The notes under the pieces are model-generated. The model was not told where the DNA came from, did not search any database, and saw only the letters and a list, made by a program, of their open reading frames with translations. From Candidatus Hadarchaeota archaeon (GTDB lineage: Archaea > Hadarchaeota > Hadarchaeia > Hadarchaeales > JAGGTB01), in assembly GCA_964399085.1 (NCBI GenBank), contig CAYNPN010000002.1, positions 9,237-73,236 on the forward strand: DNA of 64,000 nt, in the 5' to 3' direction. Both the position numbers and the translations under genes were made by a program. Shown piece after piece: positions 1 through 9,956 of this stretch; position 1 is the first letter of the stretch, and each line of letters begins with the position of its first letter.

Positions 1-721
1 TGACGATGACTGCATCTATTTCTTGAAGTCTCAATTCGGGAGCGTCCAGATAGGGATATGCTTCCTTACCCTCTGTTGCAACGTTTACGCCACAGTCCAA
101 GAGGACTTTACTCTCCGGAGTTTGAAGAAGATTGGCCGAACGACCTACTTCTCTCGATCCACCAAGGGAAGTTATTCTTACCCAGTCATCCTCGTTTCTG
201 GGCTCTCGGTGAATTCTTTGGCCAATTCTTTTCAAAATTTCCTGTCTTTCTTCCGCTTCTTCAATCATTGATCTCCGAATGTCATTAATCACTTCGGATT
301 TTATCGGAGGCGTCCGAATTATCTTTGGAGTCCAACGAATTTTCTTGAGGATTTTGCGTAGAAGTTTCCCACCCTTTCCAATTGCGAGTCCAGGTTTTTC
401 CGATTCTATTGCGACTTCGCCTATCGTTGGCATGAATGTGATGTCTGTTATATTGGCCTCATCGGGCACTAGCTCTCCGATTTTTTCTTTCGCTTCCTCA
501 GGCGGCAGACGGATTGAGGAGTCGGGTCTGAGTGTAATTCTTTTCTGTATCTTTCTTGCTAACTCTTTCACTGGCTTTCCTTCTTCCATAAGCGGCTGTA
601 GGTCGTCGCAGTAAATGACTACTTTGGGTCCTTCGAATTCTATATTTGTGACTGACCCAGCGAATGGAGAGTCTTTTCTTATAACTTCTTTTATTTCTTC
701 GATTACTTCATTTGCAGACAT
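1..721 (-). CDS. aCPSF1-like KH-domain / beta-CASP ribonuclease, N-terminal ~240 aa (rest of gene lies beyond window start)
   Basis: Absent from the ORF track because it runs off the edge. Reverse translation from ATG at 721 gives MSANEVIEEIKEV...EKPGLAIGKGGKLLRKI (KH GXXG)...ITSLGGSREVGRSANLLQTPESKVLLDCG, typical of archaeal CPSF1 N-termini. Confidence 0.8.
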   Translation of the reverse strand, partial: MSANEVIEEIKEVIRKDSPFAGSVTNIEFEGPKVVIYCDDLQPLMEEGKPVKELARKIQKRITLRPDSSIRLPPEEAKEKIGELVPDEANITDITFMPTIGEVAIESEKPGLAIGKGGKLLRKILKKIRWTPKIIRTPPIKSEVINDIRRSMIEEAEERQEILKRIGQRIHREPRNEDDWVRITSLGGSREVGRSANLLQTPESKVLLDCGVNVATEGKEAYPYLDAPELRLQEIDAVIV

Positions 722-740
722 CCGGAACAGCTCGGATTAA

Positions 741-1406
741 TTAGCTAATTATTTGCTTGATTTTTTCAGAAGATAATTCTTTATAGCCTTCATCGGTTAT
801 AGACGCGACTTTAATTTCATTTCCAGTCGCTATGTCTCTTTCTATCGCAGATTTGAGGGCTTTAACCGCCATGGGTGTTGCATCCCCAACCGAAGTACCT
901 TCTTCGTACTGAGATTCTAGGTAACCATAGGCTACGGGTGATCCTGATCCAGTCGAAACCATTTCTTCCTCTATCATAGATCCGTCCATACCAAGCATGT
1001 ACATACTTGGACCGGAGTCATCGACCCCCCCGATTATAAGAACCGCGAGGTAAGTTAGAGCAATACTCGGGCCGAATAAGTTTGATGTGAGTTTCGCCGC
1101 TGCTTGAACGCTCATCGGGGTTCCCTCTTTCCGTTGATAATATCTGGCTTCGGATCTCAATGTCCTGACCAAGGCTTGGGTATCCCCGACGCTCCCGGCA
1201 ACAGTGACGCCGATATTATCCGTAATCTTATACAACTTCTTAGCTCTTTTGCTGGCAACTTCATATCCAGCAGTTGCTCTCGTATCCGTGGCTAGAACGA
1301 TTCCATCATCACACGCTAGCCCGACTGTTGTTGTACCTTTCAAATATTCTAGCTGTTCCTCTTCCAATGTAAGAACCTCGGACTCGATATGCCCATAAAA
1401 GGACAC
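741..1406 (-). CDS. psmB: proteasome subunit beta
   Basis: Propeptide followed by catalytic TTTVGLACDDGIVLATDTRATAG; 221 aa; GTG start. Confidence 0.92.
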   Translation of the reverse strand: MSFYGHIESEVLTLEEEQLEYLKGTTTVGLACDDGIVLATDTRATAGYEVASKRAKKLYKITDNIGVTVAGSVGDTQALVRTLRSEARYYQRKEGTPMSVQAAAKLTSNLFGPSIALTYLAVLIIGGVDDSGPSMYMLGMDGSMIEEEMVSTGSGSPVAYGYLESQYEEGTSVGDATPMAVKALKSAIERDIATGNEIKVASITDEGYKELSSEKIKQIIS

Positions 1407-1426
1407 TTAACAATACCGGACTTTCC

Positions 1427-1435
1427 TATATAAAA
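1427..1435 (-). promoter_or_regulatory. putative TATA box for psmB (leaderless or very short leader)
   Basis: Minus strand reads TTTTATATA, centred about 25 nt upstream of the psmB start codon at 1406. Confidence 0.35.
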
Positions 1436-1593
1436 TTCCCGGTAATATTGCTAATTAAGTTTTACCTATTAGTATTTGTTCCCATTTCTATTCTTTTTAA
1501 AGGGAAAGAAGAGTATAACAAATCTAAGGAATAAATTGAGTTAGTAATTAAAAACTTTAACTCTATATTGACACAAAGTTGTGAGGACTTTCT

Positions 1594-2637
1594 ATGAAGG
1601 AATCAAAGAGAATGGAACTGCCCCGGGATGTGTGGATGGGTCCGGAGGTCCTGGGGGAAATCCCAAAGGCTTGTCGACGTTTATCCGTGGGTCAAAAGGG
1701 TTACATCATAGCTGATGAGACCACTTATGATATTGCAGGGAGGCAAATCGAGGAAGATCTTTCCGCTTCCGTTTTTAGGGTAGATCATTCCATCATCTCT
1801 CGAGCTGATATGGAGACTGTGGAAAAAGTTCAAGATGATACACAAAATTTCGATTTTCTTCTCGGCGTTGGCGGTGGGACTTGCATCGACGCCGCTAAGT
1901 TCGCTTCTTATAAGCAGGATAAACCGTTTATAAGCGTACCCACTGCGGCATCCCACGATGGTATATCATCCGCTCGGGCCGCCATTAAGGGAGAGGGAAG
2001 GAAGGCTTCGGTTCAGGCCCACGCGCCCGTAGCGGTCTTCGCCGATACTCTCATTATCCGAGACTCCCCCTCCAGATTGATGGCCGCCGGATGTGGAGAT
2101 ATGGTCGCAAATTACACCGCAGTTCTCGATTGGGAGCTTGCCAGAGAGGAGAACGGAGATTATTATAGCGAATACGCCGCGGCTTTGTCCAATATGAGTG
2201 CCAAGCTCGTGGCAGAGAACGCTGATGTAATTAGCAAGGAGATTGAGGAGAGTGCTCGGAAAATCATAAAAGCCCTCATAAGTAGCGGGGTGGCAATGAG
2301 TATTGCCGGGAGTAGTAGGCCCGCAAGCGGATCCGAGCATTTGTTTAGCCATATTCTGGATCAAATAGCCCCCGAACCCGCTCTTCACGGTGAGCAATGT
2401 GGAGTCGGAACATTGATGATGATGAATCTTCATGGAGAGGATTGGAGGCCGATCAAAGAAGCCCTAGAAACGGTAGGATGCCCGACCACCGCAGAGGAAC
2501 TGGGGATAGAACCGGAGTATATTGTAGAGGGTTTGTCTAGTGCTCATGAGATAAGATCCGATCGTTACACAATTTTGAGGGACGGACTTGATAGGGAAAG
2601 AGCTCGGAAAGTCGCTAAAGAGACCGAAGTTATTTGA
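1594..2637 (+). CDS. egsA: sn-glycerol-1-phosphate dehydrogenase
   Basis: Iron-ADH/DHQS fold motifs LLGVGGGTCIDAAKFAS and AASHDGISS; 347 aa. The start may be the internal Met at 1612. Confidence 0.85.
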   Translation: MKESKRMELPRDVWMGPEVLGEIPKACRRLSVGQKGYIIADETTYDIAGRQIEEDLSASVFRVDHSIISRADMETVEKVQDDTQNFDFLLGVGGGTCIDAAKFASYKQDKPFISVPTAASHDGISSARAAIKGEGRKASVQAHAPVAVFADTLIIRDSPSRLMAAGCGDMVANYTAVLDWELAREENGDYYSEYAAALSNMSAKLVAENADVISKEIEESARKIIKALISSGVAMSIAGSSRPASGSEHLFSHILDQIAPEPALHGEQCGVGTLMMMNLHGEDWRPIKEALETVGCPTTAEELGIEPEYIVEGLSSAHEIRSDRYTILRDGLDRERARKVAKETEVI

Positions 2638-2859
2638 AAGAGACAGGTCCCGAAATGGAGGATAGGTCCACTTTTAAAAAAATTCTTAATGGATTTTTCT
2701 AAAAAGTAAGTAGAAGAAGAGAAGACAGACCAAGTTTTTGTACAGAGGGTTAATGAGAGGAGCTGAGGATTATACCGGCGATGACATGGAGCAGTTTTGG
2801 GAGGAAATTTCAAAGCAGACCAAAAATGTCTTCAAATTTTCGGAGAAGTAATTTCCGTT

Positions 2860-3510
2860 TCAAAGTTCAATGAGGTTCACTTCGATATTTTCGTTGATTT
2901 CCACCTCGGCGGCATACCCTTCCGAGATAGGTCCTGGATTTACTATTTTGGTCCTCCCGATATTATCGGTTCCTCTCGCTTCATGAATATGTGCGCATAT
3001 ATTTAATTGAGGCTCTCTTTCTTCGATTATTTGCCTCACACTTTTACTCCCGGCGTGAACATCAGCCGAAGTAAGATCCGCTTTCGTATCGTAAGGAGGG
3101 ACGTGAGATATCAATATCCACTTACCCTCAATTCCCTGAGTCAATGAAACTAAATTCTCCTTTATTTCTTCTTCACTTAGTTCGAATGGTGTGCCGAACG
3201 GGGTAGGATTTGATCCTCCCAAACCCACGAATGTAAGATCACTCAACTCCACCGTTTGCAAGTGAAAGCTGACACCCCGTTCCTCTAATATGGGCAAGAC
3301 GTTTTCCGGATCGCAATTCCCCGGCATTGAAAGAATTCGAGTTTCCTTATCTTCTAGCTTATCTAGAATATCCTTTGCCCTGGTAGCAGGGCCAAATTGA
3401 GTTATATCTCCAGCTATTATTAGAACATCATAATTTCTTTCTAGGAGTTTCTCGATATCTTTTACCCCTTTCTCGTCCCCGTGCAAATCTGCTACTATCA
3501 GTATTTTCAA
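2860..3510 (-). CDS. calcineurin-like metallophosphoesterase
   Basis: MKILIVADLHGD..., IIAGDITQFG, MPGNCD, ISHVPP, ICAHIHE metal-ligand motifs. Confidence 0.8.
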   Translation of the reverse strand: MKILIVADLHGDEKGVKDIEKLLERNYDVLIIAGDITQFGPATRAKDILDKLEDKETRILSMPGNCDPENVLPILEERGVSFHLQTVELSDLTFVGLGGSNPTPFGTPFELSEEEIKENLVSLTQGIEGKWILISHVPPYDTKADLTSADVHAGSKSVRQIIEEREPQLNICAHIHEARGTDNIGRTKIVNPGPISEGYAAEVEINENIEVNLIEL

Positions 3511-3659
3511 TTTAAACCCTGAAAAAAGAGAATTTCTTCAGATTAAAAGAATTTTTGGATAAAGTTTTGAGTCTATTTAAGTAATTTCATCTTTTGTATC
3601 GGAGAAGCCACCTTCCCAATCGTGGATAGGATGGGTGATGAATCCGATATGTTTTAATT

Positions 3660-3980
3660 GCCTTGGGCGAGAGAATGAGAATAACTGGTTCACGGTATGT
3701 CTGAAACGGGACCTAGTGGGCTGTGAACGGGGGCACCAGTGGCAGTGCCCCGAACTCCATAGCTACGACCCGACCTCTGGATACCCGTCTATGGCGGGAG
3801 ACAAGTCGGTGAGCGGAGGAGAACCGTCAATAATGGCTATGAAGAGTCGGTGACTTTTCACGCCACTTCCACCGGTAACACCTCGACCTCGGACTGGAAA
3901 GGGTGTGAATGGGTGGAAGCTCCGTCCTTCAGGTCGGAGGGGATGTCACTACCAGTTCCCCTCTTTCTACTCCTAGGCTT
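3660..3980 (+). ncRNA. rnpB: structured RNA, probable RNase P RNA (ends approximate)
   Basis: GC-rich island in AT-leaning DNA. Nested helices: 3866-3873/3912-3919 (8 bp perfect), 3877-3881/3902-3906, hairpin 3730-3736/3745-3751, 3757-3762/3789-3794, long-range AACUGG 3683-3688 / CCAGUU 3952-3957 (P4-like), GCCU 3660-3663 / AGGC 3975-3978. The order GAGAAUAACUGG ... GUGAAC-GG-hairpin ... GAACUCCA ... GUGUGAAUGGGUG ... ACUACCAGUU resembles RNase P CR-I to CR-V. Confidence 0.6.
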
Positions 3981-4786
3981 TGAGCGACTGGAGTACATTT
4001 GGCTCGTAGGAGATACACGAGTTTTCCTTTGAGTTTCTCCTCGTATTCGGAGATAGTTTCGAAATTCCCCATCCCCTTGCTGATTACTAGGCCGGCACTC
4101 TCTACTATATTCTTCATTTCGTCCGGGGCATCGTCGAGAAATAAACCTACTTTTTCTCCTGAAGGAATTATTTTTCCAAACTTTTCAGTCCCCAGTTTTT
4201 CGGCCATTTCCACAGTAACATCATCTTGCGTGGGACTTGATTTTGCCCCGATAAAGACTTCGGCCCCCGTTTTTGCGATTTCTCCCATTAAAATATGGTC
4301 TAGAATAATTTCTCCACAATTATCAGTAAGGTACAGAACTTTGCTTGATGAGAGTATCTTGGAAGATATTTCCCTCGAATCATCGATTTTTAGTTCCTCA
4401 TCGAGAAGATTTTCGAATTTCGATTGAAGGCCCTCGGGATCGAATTCAAATTTGGAGACGCCGTATTCCATTGAGTTTGCCGCCGCTGCAATCTTTAGGC
4501 TTCTATTCAGTTTCTCTCTTTCATTTTCTCCGGCCTCTACTAACTTTCTAGCAATTGGCTCTATTTGTTCGGCCACTTCATTCGATTTTTGCTTCAATCG
4601 TCGGTAGGGATCGGAATTGTTCGTGATTTCGGTGATGATTTTATTTCTCTTCGAGCCGAGATAAGATGGTACAGCTTTTTTGGAGGCGTTAGAAGCGAGG
4701 AATTCCAAGAATTTGAGAAGGGCCTCAAACTGAAGATTTTCATCATCGGTTGCAAGCTTTACTTGTTCGACGCCTCTGTCCAGCAA
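3929..4786 (-). CDS. DUF89 / ARMT1-like damage-control phosphatase family protein
   Basis: LTDNCGEIILD motif and C-terminal RAKCTPVAQSLGVERGELVV typical of DUF89; 285 aa. Confidence 0.7.
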   Translation of the reverse strand: MLDRGVEQVKLATDDENLQFEALLKFLEFLASNASKKAVPSYLGSKRNKIITEITNNSDPYRRLKQKSNEVAEQIEPIARKLVEAGENEREKLNRSLKIAAAANSMEYGVSKFEFDPEGLQSKFENLLDEELKIDDSREISSKILSSSKVLYLTDNCGEIILDHILMGEIAKTGAEVFIGAKSSPTQDDVTVEMAEKLGTEKFGKIIPSGEKVGLFLDDAPDEMKNIVESAGLVISKGMGNFETISEYEEKLKGKLVYLLRAKCTPVAQSLGVERGELVVTSPPT

Positions 4787-4826
4787 ACAGGGAAAGCATT
4801 CCTTATGTACCTTCAGCTCGGATCCC

Positions 4827-5363
4827 TCAAGAATAAGTCAGTCTGATTTTTTCGCGTTCCAACCTTTCGTGAAGTTTTGGATTATCCCTAGCTAGCTCTG
4901 CGTATTCGACTGGAGACATTATTTGGACATCAATCTCTCGACCTATTTCTTCCGCAATAGTGTCAAGCACTTTTTTTATCCTTCTTGAATCCCCTCTCTT
5001 TAGAATTAAAAGTTCAATTGGCGAGTCGGGTGCGTCGGTTCCCTTGGCGGAATCCCCGACGAGATATGCACCTCTTAGCTCATTTAGTTTATTCATTGCT
5101 GGCATAATTTCTGATACTGTAACTAGGACTCGAATTTGACGGGCCAGTGGATTCCCCCAGCGCAGTTTGTAATATTTTTTTCTGCCTTTGGAGCTTTCCG
5201 TGAGTATGTTTTTCTCAGCTAGTTTCTTCAACCATTTTATATTCGTAGCCTTTGATAGACCTATTTTCTTCCCTACTTCCTTGGAATAGAACTCTTTGTC
5301 CGGGTTCTTACAGAAAAGTTCAAGCATGTCTACTGGTGCTTGTGAGCCTAGAAAATCCAACAA
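4827..5363 (-). CDS. winged-helix + minimal nucleotidyltransferase (MNT) domain protein
   Basis: N-terminal wHTH-like segment (GKKIGLSKATNIKWLKKLAEKNIL). C-terminal GDSAKGTDAPDSPIELLIL resembles the GS-x-A-x-G...D-x-D NTase motif. Confidence 0.6.
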   Translation of the reverse strand: MLDFLGSQAPVDMLELFCKNPDKEFYSKEVGKKIGLSKATNIKWLKKLAEKNILTESSKGRKKYYKLRWGNPLARQIRVLVTVSEIMPAMNKLNELRGAYLVGDSAKGTDAPDSPIELLILKRGDSRRIKKVLDTIAEEIGREIDVQIMSPVEYAELARDNPKLHERLEREKIRLTYS

Positions 5364-5441
5364 TATTATCTACCGTAAAGGTATAATTAATTATACTTTT
5401 TAATTGTTTTTCTGTTCGATGTTAGCTGGGCAACGAGAGTA

Positions 5442-6362
5442 TCAGACGTAATCAAGCCATTCTTCGTATTCATTCGCCTCCCCCTCCACGATATCGAAGA
5501 ATTTTTTCTGTATCCTTTCGGTGATTTCTCCCCGTCCGCTTTCCCCGATTTGATTTCCATCTACTTCTCTGATCGGAGTAACTTCTGCCGCCGTTCCGGT
5601 GAAGAAGGCTTCATCTGCTTCTAATAGCCTTTCTTTGGTGAGTGTTTCCCCTTCGACGGAAATTCCCATATCCTCCGCGATATCTATCACAGAGTTTCTG
5701 GTTATGCCTGCCAAGGCCCCGGATGATAATGGAGGCGTGACTATGTCGCCATCTTCAACGATGAAAAGATTTTCTCCTGGCCCTTCGGTTATCTCATCAT
5801 CCATATTCAATAGAATGGCTTCATCGTAACCTCTGTCCACGGCATCTAGCTTCGCGAGTATGGAGTTTGCGTAATTTGCCACGGTCTTTGCTTGCGGGGG
5901 TAGAATCTTCGGGTGGATCCTTTTCCACTTGGTAATGGTCGTTCTTACTCCCTTCTCCAAGCCTTCTTCGCCCAGATAGGTCTCCCACGGCCAGACGGCC
6001 ACGGCCACGTCGACGGGCGCGCCTTCCGGGCTGAGGCCCATCTTTCCATATCCGTAGTAAGCGATAGGACGGATATAACAGCTCTTGAGTTCATTTTTTC
6101 TGATAGTTTCCTTAATCACGTCGCCAATTTCTTCGCCCGAATATGGAAGATCTATTTTCACTGATTCCGCTGAATTTTCAAACCTGTCCATGTGGGCCTT
6201 TAGTCTGAATACGGCCGGTCCATCCACTGTTTCATAGCATCGAATTCCCTCGAAAACTCCAAGCCCATAGTGCAGAGTATGAGTGAGGACATGTATCTTG
6301 GCTTCATCCCATTCCACGAATTCGCCATTCATCCAGATGTAGTCTGTAGGTGTTAGGGACAT
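5442..6362 (-). CDS. ilvE: branched-chain amino acid aminotransferase
   Basis: IWMNGEFVEWDEAKIHVLTHTLHYGLGVFEGIRCY, class IV aminotransferase pattern; 306 aa. Confidence 0.9.
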   Translation of the reverse strand: MSLTPTDYIWMNGEFVEWDEAKIHVLTHTLHYGLGVFEGIRCYETVDGPAVFRLKAHMDRFENSAESVKIDLPYSGEEIGDVIKETIRKNELKSCYIRPIAYYGYGKMGLSPEGAPVDVAVAVWPWETYLGEEGLEKGVRTTITKWKRIHPKILPPQAKTVANYANSILAKLDAVDRGYDEAILLNMDDEITEGPGENLFIVEDGDIVTPPLSSGALAGITRNSVIDIAEDMGISVEGETLTKERLLEADEAFFTGTAAEVTPIREVDGNQIGESGRGEITERIQKKFFDIVEGEANEYEEWLDYV

Positions 6363-6476
6363 ATGCTCACGGCCTATATTTACTCAATTTATTTATAATA
6401 AGCCTTACTTTATGACTTGACTTTTCCACCACATTTTCAAGTGTAAAGATAGAATAAGGGGTAGGAGGATATTGAA

Positions 6477-7469
6477 ATGCTAGAAACTGAAGTTACAGAC
6501 TTGCTTGGTATAGAGTACCCTATTATACAGGGCGGAATGGTTCCAGTCTCCGAAGCAGAGTTAGCAGCGGCGGTCTCGGAAGCCGGTGGATTTGGAATTA
6601 TAGCTTCCCCAAATTTTCCAACCCCTGAGGATTTGCGAGAGGAGATTCAGAAAGCGAAAGAGCTCACCGATGAACCAATTGGAGTAAATATTAGCCTTTA
6701 TCCCGCGTCCGAACCACTGCCTAATGAAGGATACATTGAAGTTTGTGTCGACGAGGGAATTGCTGCAGTTGAGACCTCTGGCGTACGAAGCCCGGCGGAA
6801 TTTGTAGACACTCTAAAAGATGGCGGTGTAAAATTGATTCACAAGATCGCCGAAGTCAGACATGCAGAGAAAGCCCAGGAAATAGGTGCCGATGCGGTCG
6901 GCGTAGCGGGATTTGAGTGCGGAGGACATCCAGGATTGAATAATCTGACGACGATGGTTCTCGTCCCTCTGGTCGCCGATGCGGTCGATATTCCGGTCAT
7001 TGCCGGAGGAGGGATAAGAGACGGGAGAAGCCTAACTGCCGCGTTGTCTCTCGGAGCGGACGGAGTAGTAATGGGAACCCGATTCCTCGCCACCGAGGAG
7101 TGTAATATCCATCCCGACTTCAAGAAGGTTTTGGTCGAGTCGGATGAGACCGATACGGAGTTGATCATGAAATGCATCGACATGAACACTAGAGTATGGG
7201 AAAACGAGACGGCGAAGAAGGTCCTTGAGAAAGAGGAAAAGTTGGAAAAGGAAGATGCATCTTTTGACGAGAAATTAGAAGAATTAATACCTCTGATTAG
7301 CGGTGAAAAGGCAGAGGAAACATTTCATGAAGGAAAGCTCGATGCCGGGATAGCTTCCTGTGGTCAGGGTGTGGGATCCATTGATGAAATACTCAGCGTG
7401 GAAGAATTAATAGAGAGAACCGTTGAAGAAGCTGGAGAAACTATCGATAGACTGGATTCACTGAAGTAA
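6477..7469 (+). CDS. nitronate monooxygenase / FabK-like NAD(P)H-dependent flavin oxidoreductase
   Basis: YPIIQGGM, GADAVGVAGFECGGH, IPVIAGGGIRDGR, GADGVVMGTRF motifs. Confidence 0.8.
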   Translation: MLETEVTDLLGIEYPIIQGGMVPVSEAELAAAVSEAGGFGIIASPNFPTPEDLREEIQKAKELTDEPIGVNISLYPASEPLPNEGYIEVCVDEGIAAVETSGVRSPAEFVDTLKDGGVKLIHKIAEVRHAEKAQEIGADAVGVAGFECGGHPGLNNLTTMVLVPLVADAVDIPVIAGGGIRDGRSLTAALSLGADGVVMGTRFLATEECNIHPDFKKVLVESDETDTELIMKCIDMNTRVWENETAKKVLEKEEKLEKEDASFDEKLEELIPLISGEKAEETFHEGKLDAGIASCGQGVGSIDEILSVEELIERTVEEAGETIDRLDSLK

Positions 7470-7575
7470 AAAATTAGACCCCGAGGGACTTGTTGTCCCT
7501 CTCGAGTTATTTTTTTTAAATTTTGCTATCTTTTTTTAGGAATTCTTTTTAGTAGAATCAAAGAAATTAGAAACA

Positions 7576-8376
7576 ATGTCTTATGAAGAGTTGACTTGTG
7601 ATAGAAAGAATGGGTTAACGGAAATCAGGTTGAAAAGATCTGAAAGACGTAATTCTCTGGCCCCCTCCGTCATTAAAGAGCTAAAAGAGACCTTCGAGAA
7701 CCACCGGAACGACCCCGATACGAGAGCTATCCTTCTAACCGGCTCCGGTGACTACTTTTCCGTCGGCGCGGACCTAAAAGAGGCCGCCGAGTGGGCGGGA
7801 GAGGATAAGTCGGAAGGGTTGTTGGAATTTAGGAAATCCACCGAGGAATTACATACCGTTATCATAGATATTAGACGGTCCCCTAAACCGGTAATCGCTG
7901 GAGTTAATGGCCCCGCAGCAGGTGCGGGCCTCGGCCTCGCTCTGGCACCCGATATAACCTTAATTTCCGACGATGCATTTCTAGAATTTGCTTATACCAA
8001 GATTGCGCTTTCCGGCGATGCCGGGACTACATTCCTCCTGCCGAGACTCGTTGGCATGAAAAAAGCCAAGGATCTTGCATTAAGAAGCCCCAGAATTGAT
8101 CCCGAAGATGCTGTAGAAATGGGGCTTGCGAGTGAAGTCATCCCTTCGGATGACTTTGAGGGAAGGGTCCGGGAAATCGCCGAGGATTTGGCGAGTGGAC
8201 CTACCAAAAGCCTTGCGATGATAAAGGAACTAATCAATAAAAGCTACAATAATACTCTTGAATCTCAATTAGAAGATGAAGAAGATTTTATGATAGAGGC
8301 ATTGGATTCAGAGGACTTTATCGAGGGCATCAGTACTTTCCTGGAAAAGGGAGAGCCGGATTTCAAGGGAAAGTAG
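7576..8376 (+). CDS. enoyl-CoA hydratase/isomerase (crotonase) family protein
   Basis: RRNSL, LTGSGDYFSVGADLKE, PVIAGVNGPAAGAGLGLAL oxyanion-hole pattern. Confidence 0.85.
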   Translation: MSYEELTCDRKNGLTEIRLKRSERRNSLAPSVIKELKETFENHRNDPDTRAILLTGSGDYFSVGADLKEAAEWAGEDKSEGLLEFRKSTEELHTVIIDIRRSPKPVIAGVNGPAAGAGLGLALAPDITLISDDAFLEFAYTKIALSGDAGTTFLLPRLVGMKKAKDLALRSPRIDPEDAVEMGLASEVIPSDDFEGRVREIAEDLASGPTKSLAMIKELINKSYNNTLESQLEDEEDFMIEALDSEDFIEGISTFLEKGEPDFKGK

Positions 8377-8399
8377 TTCCCGATGCAACCAGATTGTAA

Positions 8400-9464
8400 T
8401 TAACCTCTGATTACTTTTTCCAGAGATTCGAGCATTTGGTCTATATTTTCAGATGGTATGTACCCCATGTTTCCTATCCTGAACGTCGCTTCCTGCAATT
8501 CTCCGTAACCTTTCGCCAGTTCGAAGCCTTTCTCCTGCATCTCTTTGTAAATTTTGAATCCGTCCTTATGGTCGGGTGCATTTACACAAGTGACGGTGGG
8601 ACTTTCGTAGCCTTCCTCGGGGAATAGAGAAAGCCCGAGATCCTGAACGCCTTCCCTGATTTTTTGGTTTCTTTCCCTATATTCCTGGAAGTGCTTCTCT
8701 TCACCTTTTCCTTCAATTAACTTCAGTCTCTTATTCAGAGCCATGATCTGAGGAATGGGAGGAGTCATATGGGTGCCGCTCTTCCTGTCATCATAGTCTT
8801 CATAACGTTTGAGATCGAAATACCAGCCCCTTTCGTCCACTTTCTCAGATTTTTCGAGTGCCTCTTCGCTTACGCTTGCAACAGCAAGCCCAGGAGGAAT
8901 CCCGAAGCACTTCTGGGAACTCGCGAAACATATATCAATCCCCCAATCGTCGACTTTTATTTCTGTTCCACCCATCGCGCTAACGGCATCGACGAGTAGG
9001 ATTTTGCCGTGTTCTTTGACGACCTTTGCGAGTTCCGGAAGAGGATTGAGAAGCCCCACGCTCGTTTCGTTGAAGGTGATTGATACGGCTTCGACATCCG
9101 GACAGGAAGAGAGTTTCTCGTCCAGCTTTTCAGGAGTAGTTGGTTTACTCTTTTCTGTTTCGAGTTTTTCAACGGTCAGTCCATTGGATTCGGAGACTTC
9201 TACGAATCTTTCGCCGAATGCACCGTTTACACAGCAAAGAATTTTTTTCTCGACACAATTTCTCACGGAACTTTCCATCACACCTGAACCGGAGCTGGGG
9301 AACAGAAAAACTCTTTCGCCCGTTTTTAGGAAATTTTTCAATCTGCTGATAATCTCTCGCTGAAGTTCTCTGTATTTTTCACTTCTATGGCTGTACATCT
9401 GGCTACTCATTTCTTCCAATATTTCTGGCCTGCATGAAACGGGCCCGACCGTAAAAAGCTTCAT
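8400..9464 (-). CDS. class V pyridoxal-phosphate aminotransferase (serine-pyruvate / alanine-glyoxylate type)
   Basis: MKLFTVGPV start, LLVDAVSAMGG, SSQKC PLP-lysine motif; 354 aa. Confidence 0.8.
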   Translation of the reverse strand: MKLFTVGPVSCRPEILEEMSSQMYSHRSEKYRELQREIISRLKNFLKTGERVFLFPSSGSGVMESSVRNCVEKKILCCVNGAFGERFVEVSESNGLTVEKLETEKSKPTTPEKLDEKLSSCPDVEAVSITFNETSVGLLNPLPELAKVVKEHGKILLVDAVSAMGGTEIKVDDWGIDICFASSQKCFGIPPGLAVASVSEEALEKSEKVDERGWYFDLKRYEDYDDRKSGTHMTPPIPQIMALNKRLKLIEGKGEEKHFQEYRERNQKIREGVQDLGLSLFPEEGYESPTVTCVNAPDHKDGFKIYKEMQEKGFELAKGYGELQEATFRIGNMGYIPSENIDQMLESLEKVIRG

Positions 9465-9627
9465 AGTACCCTACATCGACAGACTTTTACCAAATATAGG
9501 TTTTTTGGGATTGTGATTCCTCAATAAAATCTTGTTCTACATTTACTGGCAAGAAATTACAAGTTCTCGAAGTTATATTGTTTAGTATTGTACTTTAGAG
9601 ACGGAAATCGGGCTTGGGACAAAAATC

Positions 9628-9921
9628 CTACTCCTCTTTCTTTGAAAGAGCTATGTCAGTTTCGGACTTCTTCTCGATTTTCCCGGCGTAGTATTCGGCT
9701 TCGTATTTTTCGAGGATCCGGACCATTTGCTCGTAGTCTTCTTCTTTCAAAATTATCGCGTTTTTCGTGAGTTTTTTGTGGGGTATTTTTTCCAGCAATC
9801 CTTCCCGCTGGTAGGTGTATTCTCCGTGGTTGGACCTGTCCTTGTAACCGTTGAGTGCCCTCGATATCTGCACGGATTTGCTCTTGTCCGGCGGTTTGTA
9901 GACGATAATCATCTCTGACAT
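9628..9921 (-). CDS. hypothetical protein encoded inside the IS, opposite to the transposase
   Basis: 97-aa ORF lying between IRL and the transposase start; no motif recognised; GC looks closer to host-like than the transposase. Confidence 0.45.
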   Translation of the reverse strand: MSEMIIVYKPPDKSKSVQISRALNGYKDRSNHGEYTYQREGLLEKIPHKKLTKNAIILKEEDYEQMVRILEKYEAEYYAGKIEKKSETDIALSKKEE

Positions 9922-9956
9922 ACTGTTATTATTAGAAACAGTAAGGTTTATAAAGT

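Noticed and set aside
3660-3980. Alternative identity: archaeal SRP (7S) RNA
   Set aside because: I could not find the helix-8 GNAR tetraloop followed by the AGCA motif on either strand. The fold looks multi-branched rather than one long rod. This is not fully excluded without a covariance-model search.
3635-4032. ORFs 3635..3853 and 3850..4032 as protein-coding genes
   Set aside because: They lie in the GC-rich structured-RNA island. Their composition is not protein-like and the second overlaps the DUF89 gene end.
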